64,000 nucleotides of DNA from a virus. Shown here one piece after another: positions 9,729-18,356 of this stretch (position 1 is the stretch's first letter; the number at the start of each line of letters is the position of its first letter). The translations under genes were made by a program, and so were the position numbers. The DNA is taken from positions 32,001-96,000 of IMG/VR virus record IMGVR_UViG_3300045988_117466. One strand, 5' to 3'. The notes beneath the pieces are model-generated. The model saw only the letters and a program-made list of their open reading frames with translations. It made no database searches and was not told where the DNA came from.

Positions 9729-10998
9729 GATTGAACATCCAGTGTTTCCAAGTCCAGAGCAAATGGATTTTATTATAGAAGGTATGCGTAACCCTATGGA
9801 CAGTCATAAATTAAGCGATAGTTTTAAATGTACAGACACTAATGCGTGTCAAGACTGCCCCTCAAATGGCGGAGATAGATGCAGATCTTTCAGTCCTATT
9901 GGGGGGATGACTTTAGGAGACAAAGATTTTGCTTTAATGGGGAAATTAGCAAAGGCAGGTAGCGATCATAGAAAGTATCTCCGAATGATGCAGGTGGGAG
10001 TAAGAATTACAGCACCCTTGTATTTTTATAAAGAACTAGATACATACAAGGTTGGTACAGTATGTAATTCATGTAGCACAATGCATAAAATCCAAGCGAA
10101 AGAATTTACATTAGATGATTTTAGTTGTGAGCATTTATATTTCAATCCAATTTTGTGTAATATCGAACATACTATTAAATTGTTAAACGAATGGCGAGTT
10201 TTATTTAATTATACGGACGAGCAGCGTAAAGATTACTTTGAACAGAATGGACATCCAAGAGTATTAACCAAAAAAGAATGTTGGTGGCAGATGATTCAGT
10301 TGCTTCCATCAAGTTATAATCAAACACGAAATTATACATTTACATACGAAAATTTAATCAACATGTACTTCGCAAGGAGAAATCATAAATTGGACGAGTG
10401 GAGAATCTTCTGTCAGTGGATGTTAGACAATGTGCCATATTTCAAAGAATTAGTAGATTACATAGAAAAAGGAGACAACAAAGTGAGTAAAGGAATTAAG
10501 TTTAGTTATGTAGAAAAAGACGAAAAAGTAAAATCATTAAAAGAGTTCTTCTCTGCAGAAGGATTCAAAGTACCAGATGAGGAATTAGCTGCAATGACTG
10601 TAGAACTCCCTAAGAGAGCTACAAAAGGATCTGCAGGGTATGATTGCTATAGTCCAATTGGTTTCTGTTTAGAACCTGGACAGGAAATTAAATTACCTAC
10701 ATTGCTTAAGGCATATATGCCTCAGGATATTTTCTTAGGAGCTTATCCAAGAAGTGGATTAGGATTTAAGTATTATGCAAGATTAGCTAACACAGTTGGT
10801 ATCGTTGACAGCGACTATGCTGATAATGAAGGCAATGAGGGTCATATCTTTGTAAAGATCAGAAATGAAGGAGACAAGCCTATGAGTATTAATCCGGGAG
10901 ATGGTATTTGTCAGTTTATTTTCCAGAAGTATTTTACAACAGAAGACGATGAAGCTGAAGGAACTAGAGAAGGCGGTTTTGGTAGTACAGATAAATAG
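9721..10998 (+). CDS. fusion protein: divergent ThyX-like domain (N-terminal) plus dUTPase (C-terminal)
   Basis: The C-terminal half has dUTPase motifs GSAGYDCYSP, YPRSGLG, GIVDSDY and REGGFGSTD. The N-terminal half has a ThyX-like layout (ITAPLYFYKEL..., LLPSSYNQTRNYTFTYENLINMYFARRNHKLDEWRIF). The RHR...S..RY signature is replaced by TYK...STMH. Confidence 0.7.
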   Translation: MIKIEHPVFPSPEQMDFIIEGMRNPMDSHKLSDSFKCTDTNACQDCPSNGGDRCRSFSPIGGMTLGDKDFALMGKLAKAGSDHRKYLRMMQVGVRITAPLYFYKELDTYKVGTVCNSCSTMHKIQAKEFTLDDFSCEHLYFNPILCNIEHTIKLLNEWRVLFNYTDEQRKDYFEQNGHPRVLTKKECWWQMIQLLPSSYNQTRNYTFTYENLINMYFARRNHKLDEWRIFCQWMLDNVPYFKELVDYIEKGDNKVSKGIKFSYVEKDEKVKSLKEFFSAEGFKVPDEELAAMTVELPKRATKGSAGYDCYSPIGFCLEPGQEIKLPTLLKAYMPQDIFLGAYPRSGLGFKYYARLANTVGIVDSDYADNEGNEGHIFVKIRNEGDKPMSINPGDGICQFIFQKYFTTEDDEAEGTREGGFGSTDK

Positions 10999-11006
10999 GA
11001 GGCCTT

Positions 11007-11219
11007 ATGGACAATCATGAAAGAAATGATATCCATATAGGCTGTGCTATGGCTCTAGTTTTAGGAATCATTTGGATATTAATCTGGTTTGCAATCTATT
11101 CTATATTAGCAGCAGGAATGTTGTGGGTACTTACATTGATTGCACCAACTGTTACATTTTCAATTAAATTTATACTTATAGTCGGAGTGTTGTTGGCAAT
11201 CCTTCGATTTATTTTGTAA
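11007..11219 (+). CDS. small membrane protein (two predicted TM helices)
   Basis: Strong RBS (AGGAGG). The protein is hydrophobic throughout. Confidence 0.5.
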   Translation: MDNHERNDIHIGCAMALVLGIIWILIWFAIYSILAAGMLWVLTLIAPTVTFSIKFILIVGVLLAILRFIL

Positions 11220-11234
11220 GAAAGAAGTGATCAA

Positions 11235-11507
11235 GTGCTCAAGATTAAAAAGGCACATAAAGACAAAGATGAATGGATTTTATACAATCCAGACAACTTT
11301 GCATTACATACACATTGTAGGAGTTTCAGGGTCGCTTTGAGCATTAAAAAGAATGTAGAGAAGAAGCGATTACCAAGAAGCAGGAATTTAAGGACATTAG
11401 AGAGTCACAGGAGAGTAACAGGTAATCGCAAATACATTCGTCAATTGGATGCACTAATAGAAGAAGTTAAAAGTGAGAAAGGAGAAAAAAAGAATGATAA
11501 TTGCTAG
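11235..11507 (+). CDS. hypothetical basic protein
   Basis: GTG start 3 nt after GTGATCAA. Lys/Arg-rich. Confidence 0.45.
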   Translation: MLKIKKAHKDKDEWILYNPDNFALHTHCRSFRVALSIKKNVEKKRLPRSRNLRTLESHRRVTGNRKYIRQLDALIEEVKSEKGEKKNDNC

Positions 11508-11700
11508 CGTAATTAATATTATTGCAATTCTGATCTGGATTTCACTTATTGGATCGGGAGCTTATTTAATGCATACAGGTAAAAAATTAGGAGACAAAGA
11601 AAAACGAGAAAAAGGTCGTAGAACCGTCACAACAGGCTGTGTCTTTTGGTGCATTTATTATCCAATTTCAATCATTATTAGATTATTAGGAGGATTCTAA
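11494..11700 (+). CDS. small membrane protein
   Basis: The internal ATG at 11494 is preceded by GAAAGGAGAAAAAAAGA. TM helices IIASVINIIAILIWISLIG and VFWCIYYPISIII. Confidence 0.5.
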   Translation: MIIASVINIIAILIWISLIGSGAYLMHTGKKLGDKEKREKGRRTVTTGCVFWCIYYPISIIIRLLGGF

Positions 11701-11879
11701 TGAGTAAAGAAACAATTAAAATGTTTTGTATTCTTATATGGGGTTGCACTTTTATCCCCGGACTCTTTATTGAACATAAAGGAGATGTAAAAGGTGATAT
11801 AAAATTGTCAACGATAGGTGCATTCCTCAGAATGATTGGAAGCATTTCACTATTTGTTGCGGTATTAATGAATTTTTAA
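11700..11879 (+). CDS. small membrane protein (59 aa, below the ORF-track cut-off)
   Basis: The ATG overlaps the upstream TAA (TAATG). RBS is AGGAGG. The sequence is hydrophobic. Confidence 0.4.
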   Translation: MSKETIKMFCILIWGCTFIPGLFIEHKGDVKGDIKLSTIGAFLRMIGSISLFVAVLMNF

Positions 11880-11891
11880 GAGGAGAGTCAA

Positions 11892-12425
11892 ATGAGTAAA
11901 GTATTATTGGTTCTACTTGGAGAAAGTGGAACAGGTAAAACAACAATTGTCAACAGACTAAAACAGAAATATGGTATGAAAGAATTACCAAGTTATACAA
12001 CTCGACCTAAAAGAAAGGAAGATGAAGAAGGACATACATTTGTTTCTTTGGGAGAGTTTATGTTATTGAAAAATAAAGTTGCAGCGAACAAATATAGAGG
12101 TAATTTCTACTGTGCAACTAAAGAGCAGGTAGAAGAGTATGATACATATGTATGCGACTGTGAAGGTATTAAAATGCTTAAAGAAACTTATAAGGGAGAT
12201 AAAAAAATCATTGTAGTCAGATTGACTTGTCCTAGAGAAGAAAGAAAACGACGCATGGAAAAGGACAATAGATCACCACAAGAGATTCTTTTAAGAGATT
12301 CAAAAGACCCTGTAGAGTTTCAGTATGCAGATATGTTAGCGGATTACATGTTAGACAACGATAACCTTGAAGAAACTGTTGATGCTGTTCGTTATATTTA
12401 CGAGAAAGAATGTGAGGAAGGCTAA
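11892..12425 (+). CDS. guanylate kinase-like (d)NMP kinase
   Basis: P-loop GESGTGKTT and YTTRPKRKEDEEGHTFVS (the gmk TTRxxRxxExxGxxYxF pattern). Confidence 0.7.
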   Translation: MSKVLLVLLGESGTGKTTIVNRLKQKYGMKELPSYTTRPKRKEDEEGHTFVSLGEFMLLKNKVAANKYRGNFYCATKEQVEEYDTYVCDCEGIKMLKETYKGDKKIIVVRLTCPREERKRRMEKDNRSPQEILLRDSKDPVEFQYADMLADYMLDNDNLEETVDAVRYIYEKECEEG

Positions 12426-12985
12426 TGGAATACATAGTAGAATATCGTGCCGTTCTTAAAGAAAATAAGAGTGGGAATATTTTAGTAGAAATTCCAGATT
12501 TGCATATGTTTTGTTATGGATCATCTATGACAGAGGCCATGGACGAAACAGAGAGATGTATTACAGAAGAGTGTATTGAGAGGCTGAGGAATAATCAGCC
12601 TCTTCCAATGGTTACAGTTAAAAAAGAAGATCTGGATTCTTACATATTGAAAAATTTTGAACAGACAATGGTGATTCCAATGTTTGTGAAATTTGATTAT
12701 ACAAGACCTACTGAGATTGCAGATGTTAAAGAAAAGGCTGCTTCTTTAGGGGAGAGTGTTAAAAGATTAGGTTCTAAACTGAAAAAGTTATATGAGATTA
12801 AAAGAGATACTCGGAAGTTGAAGAAAAAATTACATAAAGAATCTGAACAAAATCTTAAAGAGATGAAACAGATCTTTGATGAATGGCATGGAATTATTGA
12901 CAAGGATATTAAAGGATCTAAAGGGAGAGTAGATGAAATTTTAGAAGAACTTAAAAATGTAGAAGATTTTGATAAGGAGGAATAA
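12425..12985 (+). CDS. HicB-like fold protein with a charged coiled-coil tail
   Basis: The N-terminus VEIPDLHMFCYGSSMTEAMDETERCI resembles the HicB/UPF0150 pattern. The C-terminal half is Lys/Glu-rich. Confidence 0.4.
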   Translation: MEYIVEYRAVLKENKSGNILVEIPDLHMFCYGSSMTEAMDETERCITEECIERLRNNQPLPMVTVKKEDLDSYILKNFEQTMVIPMFVKFDYTRPTEIADVKEKAASLGESVKRLGSKLKKLYEIKRDTRKLKKKLHKESEQNLKEMKQIFDEWHGIIDKDIKGSKGRVDEILEELKNVEDFDKEE

Positions 12986-12988
12986 ACA

Positions 12989-15214
12989 GTGCAGGTAGTT
13001 AAGAGAGATTGTTCTTTAGTAGATTTTGATAGGACAAAAATTTATAATGCCATTATGAAAGCCATGAAAAATGGATCAGGAATTGTTAAGTCTGATGTTG
13101 CAGAACAGATTGCAGAAGAAATTGAAGCAGAATGTAGAGAAAAAGCAGATGATGTTGATATTTCTACAATTGAATCAAGAGTATTTTTAAAGTTAATTGA
13201 GAAAGATCAAGGACTTACAGCTAAAGCATACGAAGGGTATAGGAAAGTAAGAGAATTCCAGAGAGAAAATAATACCATAGATGATGAAATTTTTCGTTTG
13301 ATCGAAGATTGTGATGATTACATTAAAGATGAAAACGCAAATAAAAATTCAGTTTTAAATCCTACAAAAAGAGATTACATAGCAGGATCAGTTAGCAAAG
13401 ATGCGACAGTAAGATATTTGCTTTCTCCAGAGATTGTACAAGCACATAAAGAGGGAATTATTCATTTCCATGATACAGATTATTTTATTCAAAAGATGCA
13501 CAATTGTGGATTAATTAATTTAGAAGACATGCTTCAGAATGGAACAGTGATCAGTGAAACATTGATCGAGAAGCCACATTCTTTTTCAACAGCCTGCAAT
13601 ATATCAACACAAATTATTGCTCAGGTTGCAAGTTCTCAATATGGTGGACAGAGTATTTCATTGGCTCATTTGGCACCATTTGTAGAAGTTAGTAGGAAGA
13701 AAATACAAACAGAAGTTGAAAAAGAATGGGAAGGAGTTATTGTTGATGACAAAGAAGAACGATTAAGAAGGATTGTATCCGATAGATTACGTTTAGAGAT
13801 TAAAAAGGGTGTACAAACAATTCAATATCAGCTAGTGACTTTAATGACAACAAACGGGCAATCACCTTTTATTACAATCTTTATGTATTTAAACGAAGCA
13901 AGAAACGAACAAGAGAAAAAAGATCTTGCCATGCTTATTGAAGAAATGATAGTACAACGAACAGAAGGTGTTAAAAACGAAGATGGTGTATTTATTGCAC
14001 CAGCATTTCCAAAATTAATTTATGTCCTAGAAGACGATAATTGCGATGAATCTACAGAGTATTGGTATCTGACAAAATTAGCAGCCAAATGTTCTGCAAA
14101 AAGATTGGTTCCAGATTACATCTCTGAAAAGGTTATGAAAGAGTTAAAAGGTGATGTTTATACTTGCATGGGGTGCAGGTCGTTCTTAACACCCGATCGT
14201 TTCACAGACAAAGGGATTGGCAATATTGCACGCGCAAAAAATTATGATCCTAAAGAACATAAATATTATGGAAGATTTAACCAAGGTGTCGTTACTATTT
14301 CACTTCCCGATCTTGCATTTTCATCTGCGGGAAATTTTGATACTTTTTGGGAACTATTCGAAGAGAGAACAGAATTGTGCCATAAAGCTTTAAAAGCAAG
14401 ACATCAACGACTACTTGGAACGAACTCTGATGTTGCTCCTGTTTTATGGCAGTATGGAGCTTATAGTCGATTGAAAAAACATGAGCCAATTGATAAGTTA
14501 CTTTTTGACGGATATTCAACAATTTCTTTAGGGTATGCGGGGCTATATGAGTGTGTAAAATTTATGACCGGACATTCTCATTCTGAAAAAGAGGGTGAGG
14601 AATTTGGTTTACAGATTATGCAAAAGTTAAATGATAAATGTACCGAATGGAAAGAATCAGAGAATATTGATTACAGTCTTTATGGAACTCCATTAGAGTC
14701 AACGACATATAAATTTGCAAAATGTTTAAAAAATAGATTCGGTGATGATATTTTTGAAAAGTTAGATGGAAGAGATAGAAACTATATCACTAATAGCTAT
14801 CATATTCCTGTGTTTGAAGAAATAGATGCTTTTGAAAAACTTAGAATAGAATCTAAATTTCAAAAACTATCTCCTGGTGGTGCAATTAGCTATATTGAAA
14901 CGCCCAATATGGAACACAATGTAAGTGCTCTATTAGAAGTTATTAAATATATGTATGATCATATTATGTACGCCGAAATTAACACAAAAAGCTGCTATTG
15001 TGAAGAATGTGGCTATTCTGGTGATATTCCACTGGTTGATGAAGACGGGATGCTTAAGTGGAAATGCCCTCAGTGTGGTAACGAGGATGGGTCAACAATG
15101 GATATAGCCTTTAGATGCTGTGGCTACGTCGGCACATCTAAAAATGGCGGCAATCAGGGACGATATGGAGATATTCATGATCGAGTTTATCATTTAGACG
15201 ATAAGGAGTTTTAA
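12989..15214 (+). CDS. nrdD: anaerobic ribonucleoside-triphosphate reductase
   Basis: N-terminal ATP-cone (VVKRDCSLVDFDRTKI), C-terminal Zn ribbon CEECG...CPQCG, and the glycyl-radical motif FRCCGYVG. GTG start after AAGGAGG. Confidence 0.9.
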   Translation: MQVVKRDCSLVDFDRTKIYNAIMKAMKNGSGIVKSDVAEQIAEEIEAECREKADDVDISTIESRVFLKLIEKDQGLTAKAYEGYRKVREFQRENNTIDDEIFRLIEDCDDYIKDENANKNSVLNPTKRDYIAGSVSKDATVRYLLSPEIVQAHKEGIIHFHDTDYFIQKMHNCGLINLEDMLQNGTVISETLIEKPHSFSTACNISTQIIAQVASSQYGGQSISLAHLAPFVEVSRKKIQTEVEKEWEGVIVDDKEERLRRIVSDRLRLEIKKGVQTIQYQLVTLMTTNGQSPFITIFMYLNEARNEQEKKDLAMLIEEMIVQRTEGVKNEDGVFIAPAFPKLIYVLEDDNCDESTEYWYLTKLAAKCSAKRLVPDYISEKVMKELKGDVYTCMGCRSFLTPDRFTDKGIGNIARAKNYDPKEHKYYGRFNQGVVTISLPDLAFSSAGNFDTFWELFEERTELCHKALKARHQRLLGTNSDVAPVLWQYGAYSRLKKHEPIDKLLFDGYSTISLGYAGLYECVKFMTGHSHSEKEGEEFGLQIMQKLNDKCTEWKESENIDYSLYGTPLESTTYKFAKCLKNRFGDDIFEKLDGRDRNYITNSYHIPVFEEIDAFEKLRIESKFQKLSPGGAISYIETPNMEHNVSALLEVIKYMYDHIMYAEINTKSCYCEECGYSGDIPLVDEDGMLKWKCPQCGNEDGSTMDIAFRCCGYVGTSKNGGNQGRYGDIHDRVYHLDDKEF

Positions 15215-15216
15215 CA

Positions 15217-15744
15217 ATGAGATACGCAGCAATAAGAAAAATGGATATTAGTAATGGAGAGGGACTTGGTGTCTCTCTCTTTGTTCAAGGATGTCATTTC
15301 CATTGTAAAAACTGTTTTAACAAAGAAACATGGAATTTTGATGGTGGCAATGAACTAACTTTTAAAGAAATTGAGGAACTATTGCATCAGTTATCAAAGC
15401 CTCAATATACAAGATTGAGTATTCTTGGTGGTGAACCATTGGCGAAAGAGAATATTGATGACGTTTTTGTCTTGTGTAAATTCGTCAAACAGTTTATGCC
15501 AGAAAAACAAATCTGGGTATACAGTGGATATACAATAGAAAATATGGGATTTCCTAATTTTCATGACATTGATCAATTAAAACGATTTAATGTTTTATAC
15601 CATACAGATGTTCTTGTAGACGGACAGTACGTAGATGAGCTAAAGAATATGTCTTACCCGTGGGCAGGATCAACCAACCAGAGAGTCATTAATGTACAGG
15701 AGTCATTAAAGAAAAATGAGGTAGTACTATGGAGAAAATCATAA
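15217..15744 (+). CDS. nrdG: anaerobic RNR activating enzyme (radical SAM)
   Basis: The GCHFHCKNCFN radical-SAM cysteine motif. The gene lies immediately downstream of nrdD. Confidence 0.85.
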   Translation: MRYAAIRKMDISNGEGLGVSLFVQGCHFHCKNCFNKETWNFDGGNELTFKEIEELLHQLSKPQYTRLSILGGEPLAKENIDDVFVLCKFVKQFMPEKQIWVYSGYTIENMGFPNFHDIDQLKRFNVLYHTDVLVDGQYVDELKNMSYPWAGSTNQRVINVQESLKKNEVVLWRKS

Positions 15745-15980
15745 TAGAAATTTTAACCATCTTAGGACGAAGTGGCGTTTTTGTTGCCTTGTGTTTTGGT
15801 GTTCAGATAATTATTTGGATAATTGCTGGGATAGTGAAAGCTATAAAAAAAAGAAGTATAAAAGCATTCCAACATATAGTATTTGATGACAAATGGGGAG
15901 CCCCTATGTGTTGGAGAATAATGGCTGCGAGTACATGTTTTTCAGTTCTTATGTATTTTATTATTAATGCTATTGGATAG
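15729..15980 (+). CDS. small membrane protein
   Basis: Two hydrophobic helices. Overlaps the end of nrdG. Confidence 0.45.
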   Translation: MEKIIIEILTILGRSGVFVALCFGVQIIIWIIAGIVKAIKKRSIKAFQHIVFDDKWGAPMCWRIMAASTCFSVLMYFIINAIG

Positions 15981-16037
15981 AAAAGGGGTGATTCTATTAT
16001 AGATATAAGTTTTGATCTTCGCCAAACAGAAGAGCTC

Positions 16038-16535
16038 TTGTGGAAAGAAGCAATGGCAAAGCTTCATAAAATATCAACAGAAGAAGTAGATTCATACGTA
16101 GATCAATGCCATAAAAAATATGGAAACCTACTTACTTCAGACCAACAAAGAAATTATATAAGAGCTGCCATTGAGTCTGATCATCCCTTCCAGTATTTCC
16201 AATTTACTGGAAGGGTTTTTCGTTTTAGAAGAAGTAATTTATTCTGGCTTCCCAATGTCCCCAGATGGTTTCGCAAATTTTATAGAGATGAAAAATGTGA
16301 GATTTATGAACATATACACACTTCAAAGATGAAACAATTCGGCTATATTTATTTCTTATTTTCTGAGAAAAAAGGTTGTGACAAAGATGACTATATAGTT
16401 AATATTGATCCTTGTGGGATAATGGCAATTCCTAAAGAGTTGTTTGAAAAATGTTATAATAAAAATGAAATAGCTTTATATGCATATTGCATAATGCAAC
16501 ACTATGATGCTTTAAAAAATAAATGTATGTGGTAA
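16038..16535 (+). CDS. KYGN-family paralog 1 (long form); the start may be ATT at 15996
   Basis: Shares with paralog 2 the modules KKYGNLL...YIRA, YFQFTGRVF, PRWF, GYIYF, DDYIV...GIM..PK..FE.CY.K.EIALY.YC. Confidence 0.55.
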   Translation: MWKEAMAKLHKISTEEVDSYVDQCHKKYGNLLTSDQQRNYIRAAIESDHPFQYFQFTGRVFRFRRSNLFWLPNVPRWFRKFYRDEKCEIYEHIHTSKMKQFGYIYFLFSEKKGCDKDDYIVNIDPCGIMAIPKELFEKCYNKNEIALYAYCIMQHYDALKNKCMW

Positions 16536-16550
16536 AAGGAAGGTGATCAA

Positions 16551-17075
16551 GTGGAATCAAAAACATCTAAAGAAAGATGGATTTATACAATCGCAGAGCT
16601 TTACGGAGTTTCAGTAGAAGATATTCAATTTATGTTAAACAAATGCATAACGATGTATGGGAATAGGCTTGATTTCGAACATCTTAAAAAATACGTGAGA
16701 GCTATTTTAAGGAAAATTGTTCCTATAAGGTATTTTCAATTTACTGGGAAAGTTTTTAAAGACGGATGGAGAAACATTTATCTTCCAGAGATTCCCATAT
16801 GGTTTCAACACTATAATACCAATTTAGATAAATGTGTCATTTCTGAAAGTAGGAGTGTGTACGATGATTTTGGAGAATGTGTTCATGTAAGAGGCTATAT
16901 ATATTTTAAAAACTCTCGCAAAAGAACATGTATAGAAGATGATTATATGGTCGATGTAGGGACATTCGGAATCATGTCGGTTCCTAAAAGCGTATTTGAA
17001 GACTGTTATGAAAAGGATGAAATAGCCCTATATAAATATTGTCAAGATCAGTATGATCTCGGTATGGACTGGTAG
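16551..17075 (+). CDS. KYGN-family paralog 2 (long form)
   Basis: GTG start 3 nt after AGGTGATCAA. Collinear similarity to 16038..16535. Confidence 0.6.
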   Translation: MESKTSKERWIYTIAELYGVSVEDIQFMLNKCITMYGNRLDFEHLKKYVRAILRKIVPIRYFQFTGKVFKDGWRNIYLPEIPIWFQHYNTNLDKCVISESRSVYDDFGECVHVRGYIYFKNSRKRTCIEDDYMVDVGTFGIMSVPKSVFEDCYEKDEIALYKYCQDQYDLGMDW

Positions 17076-17092
17076 GTAAAGGAGTGAACAGG

Positions 17093-17437
17093 ATGGTAAC
17101 AACGAGAACATTAGTAGATGCCACAGGCGCCAAAATAAATATAAACTGGGGAGCATGGAAGAGAGACGTCTTTATTTCTTCGGTTATAGCGGAATACAAT
17201 GTTTCTGCAGGAAAGATAAAAAACATTTTTGATCAATTAAATCAAAAATATGGAAATCTTTTTACAGAGGAACAGAAAAAAGATTACATAATTAAATTCT
17301 GTAAAAACACATGCGACCATCATTACCCTCATCCTTGGGGTGAAACATACTTAGGTATAAATGATGTTATTAGTACAGGAACAATAACATGTGATCGCTT
17401 ACAATGGACGGATGGCACTAGCACCATATGGGGTTAA
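17093..17437 (+). CDS. KYGN-family paralog 3 (N-terminal module only)
   Basis: YNVSAGKIKNIFDQLNQKYGNLFTEEQKKDYII. The ATG at 17093 follows AAAGGAGTGA. Confidence 0.5.
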   Translation: MVTTRTLVDATGAKININWGAWKRDVFISSVIAEYNVSAGKIKNIFDQLNQKYGNLFTEEQKKDYIIKFCKNTCDHHYPHPWGETYLGINDVISTGTITCDRLQWTDGTSTIWG

Positions 17438-17450
17438 AAGGAGTGATTGG

Positions 17451-17792
17451 ATGAATGAAGAATGGGTAAACAAAAATATGAGTATTCGAGAAGCTAGAAT
17501 TTGGTTAATGTTTTTGGAATACGAATGTCCTAAAGATAAAATTGAAGAACTATACGACCAAGTGGACAAGAGATATGGGAATAATTTAACAGAGAAACAA
17601 AAATTTGAATATGTGTCTCATATTTTGCAGAAAACAAAAGCTAAGCAATCAATTCGTGATGATTTAGCTACTCTTTGTTACGCAAGTGATGGGTCAAAAG
17701 CATTGGTAATAAGGAACCCCTTTGAAAGCTTTTCTGATGCAGTCCTTGAAGTTTTTAGTCCTATTATAGGAAAGGTGATCAAATATGACTAA
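17451..17792 (+). CDS. KYGN-family paralog 4 (N-terminal module only)
   Basis: KDKIEELYDQVDKRYGNNLTEKQKFEYV. The ATG at 17451 follows AAAAGGAGTGATTGG. Confidence 0.5.
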   Translation: MNEEWVNKNMSIREARIWLMFLEYECPKDKIEELYDQVDKRYGNNLTEKQKFEYVSHILQKTKAKQSIRDDLATLCYASDGSKALVIRNPFESFSDAVLEVFSPIIGKVIKYD

Positions 17793-18105
17793 CAGGGAAT
17801 TTGAAATACATTTGTTAAGTATCAGCAATAGAGAACCTGTATTTAGAATTAGAGATATGTTTAACCAAGTAGATTTCAAGTACGGCAATGTACTATCTGA
17901 AAATCAGAAGTTTAAATACGTAGCACGAACACTGGAGAGGAAAAGATTTAAACAGTTAACTTACGATGACTTAAATCCCATTTTCTTTGAAACAGCCAAA
18001 TCAAGAGGTGTTACATTGGCTCATACAGATAGCTTAGACGAAGAAACAATTAAAAATTTAGGATCTTTTTTAACTGATGCAATGAAAGATGGAGAACTAT
18101 TTTAG
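17785..18105 (+). CDS. KYGN-family paralog 5 (N-terminal module only)
   Basis: RIRDMFNQVDFKYGNVLSENQKFKYV. The ATG follows AAAGGTGATCAAAT. Confidence 0.5.
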   Translation: MTNREFEIHLLSISNREPVFRIRDMFNQVDFKYGNVLSENQKFKYVARTLERKRFKQLTYDDLNPIFFETAKSRGVTLAHTDSLDEETIKNLGSFLTDAMKDGELF

Positions 18106-18125
18106 GTTATGAGCGAGGTGATCAA

Positions 18126-18356
18126 ATGATTAAGATCCTTAAGCAAGGAAGGGCTACAGAGCAAGTTGAATGTCCTGAGTGTGAAGCATTGCTTCAATAT
18201 GGAGATATTGATATTCAACATTTAAAATATTTAGATAAGGATAAAGATATTCTGGAAGTTGATCACCTTATATTTTGTCCCCAATGTGGGAGAGGGATCA
18301 ATGTAAGAACAAAAGAATATATAAAAGGAGAAAAGGATGCTACAAACACAAAATAA
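18126..18356 (+). CDS. zinc-ribbon protein
   Basis: CPECEA...(x37)...CPQCG. Strong extended SD. Confidence 0.5.
   Translation: MIKILKQGRATEQVECPECEALLQYGDIDIQHLKYLDKDKDILEVDHLIFCPQCGRGINVRTKEYIKGEKDATNTK

Noticed and set aside
16541-18125. The recurrent GGTGATCAA motif upstream of many genes (also at 9317, 11227, 15987 and 18885), considered as a possible regulatory repeat.
   Set aside because: It is the complement of the 16S rRNA 3' end (…GAUCACCUCCU), so it is an extended Shine-Dalgarno at a fixed distance from start codons, not a separate regulatory element.
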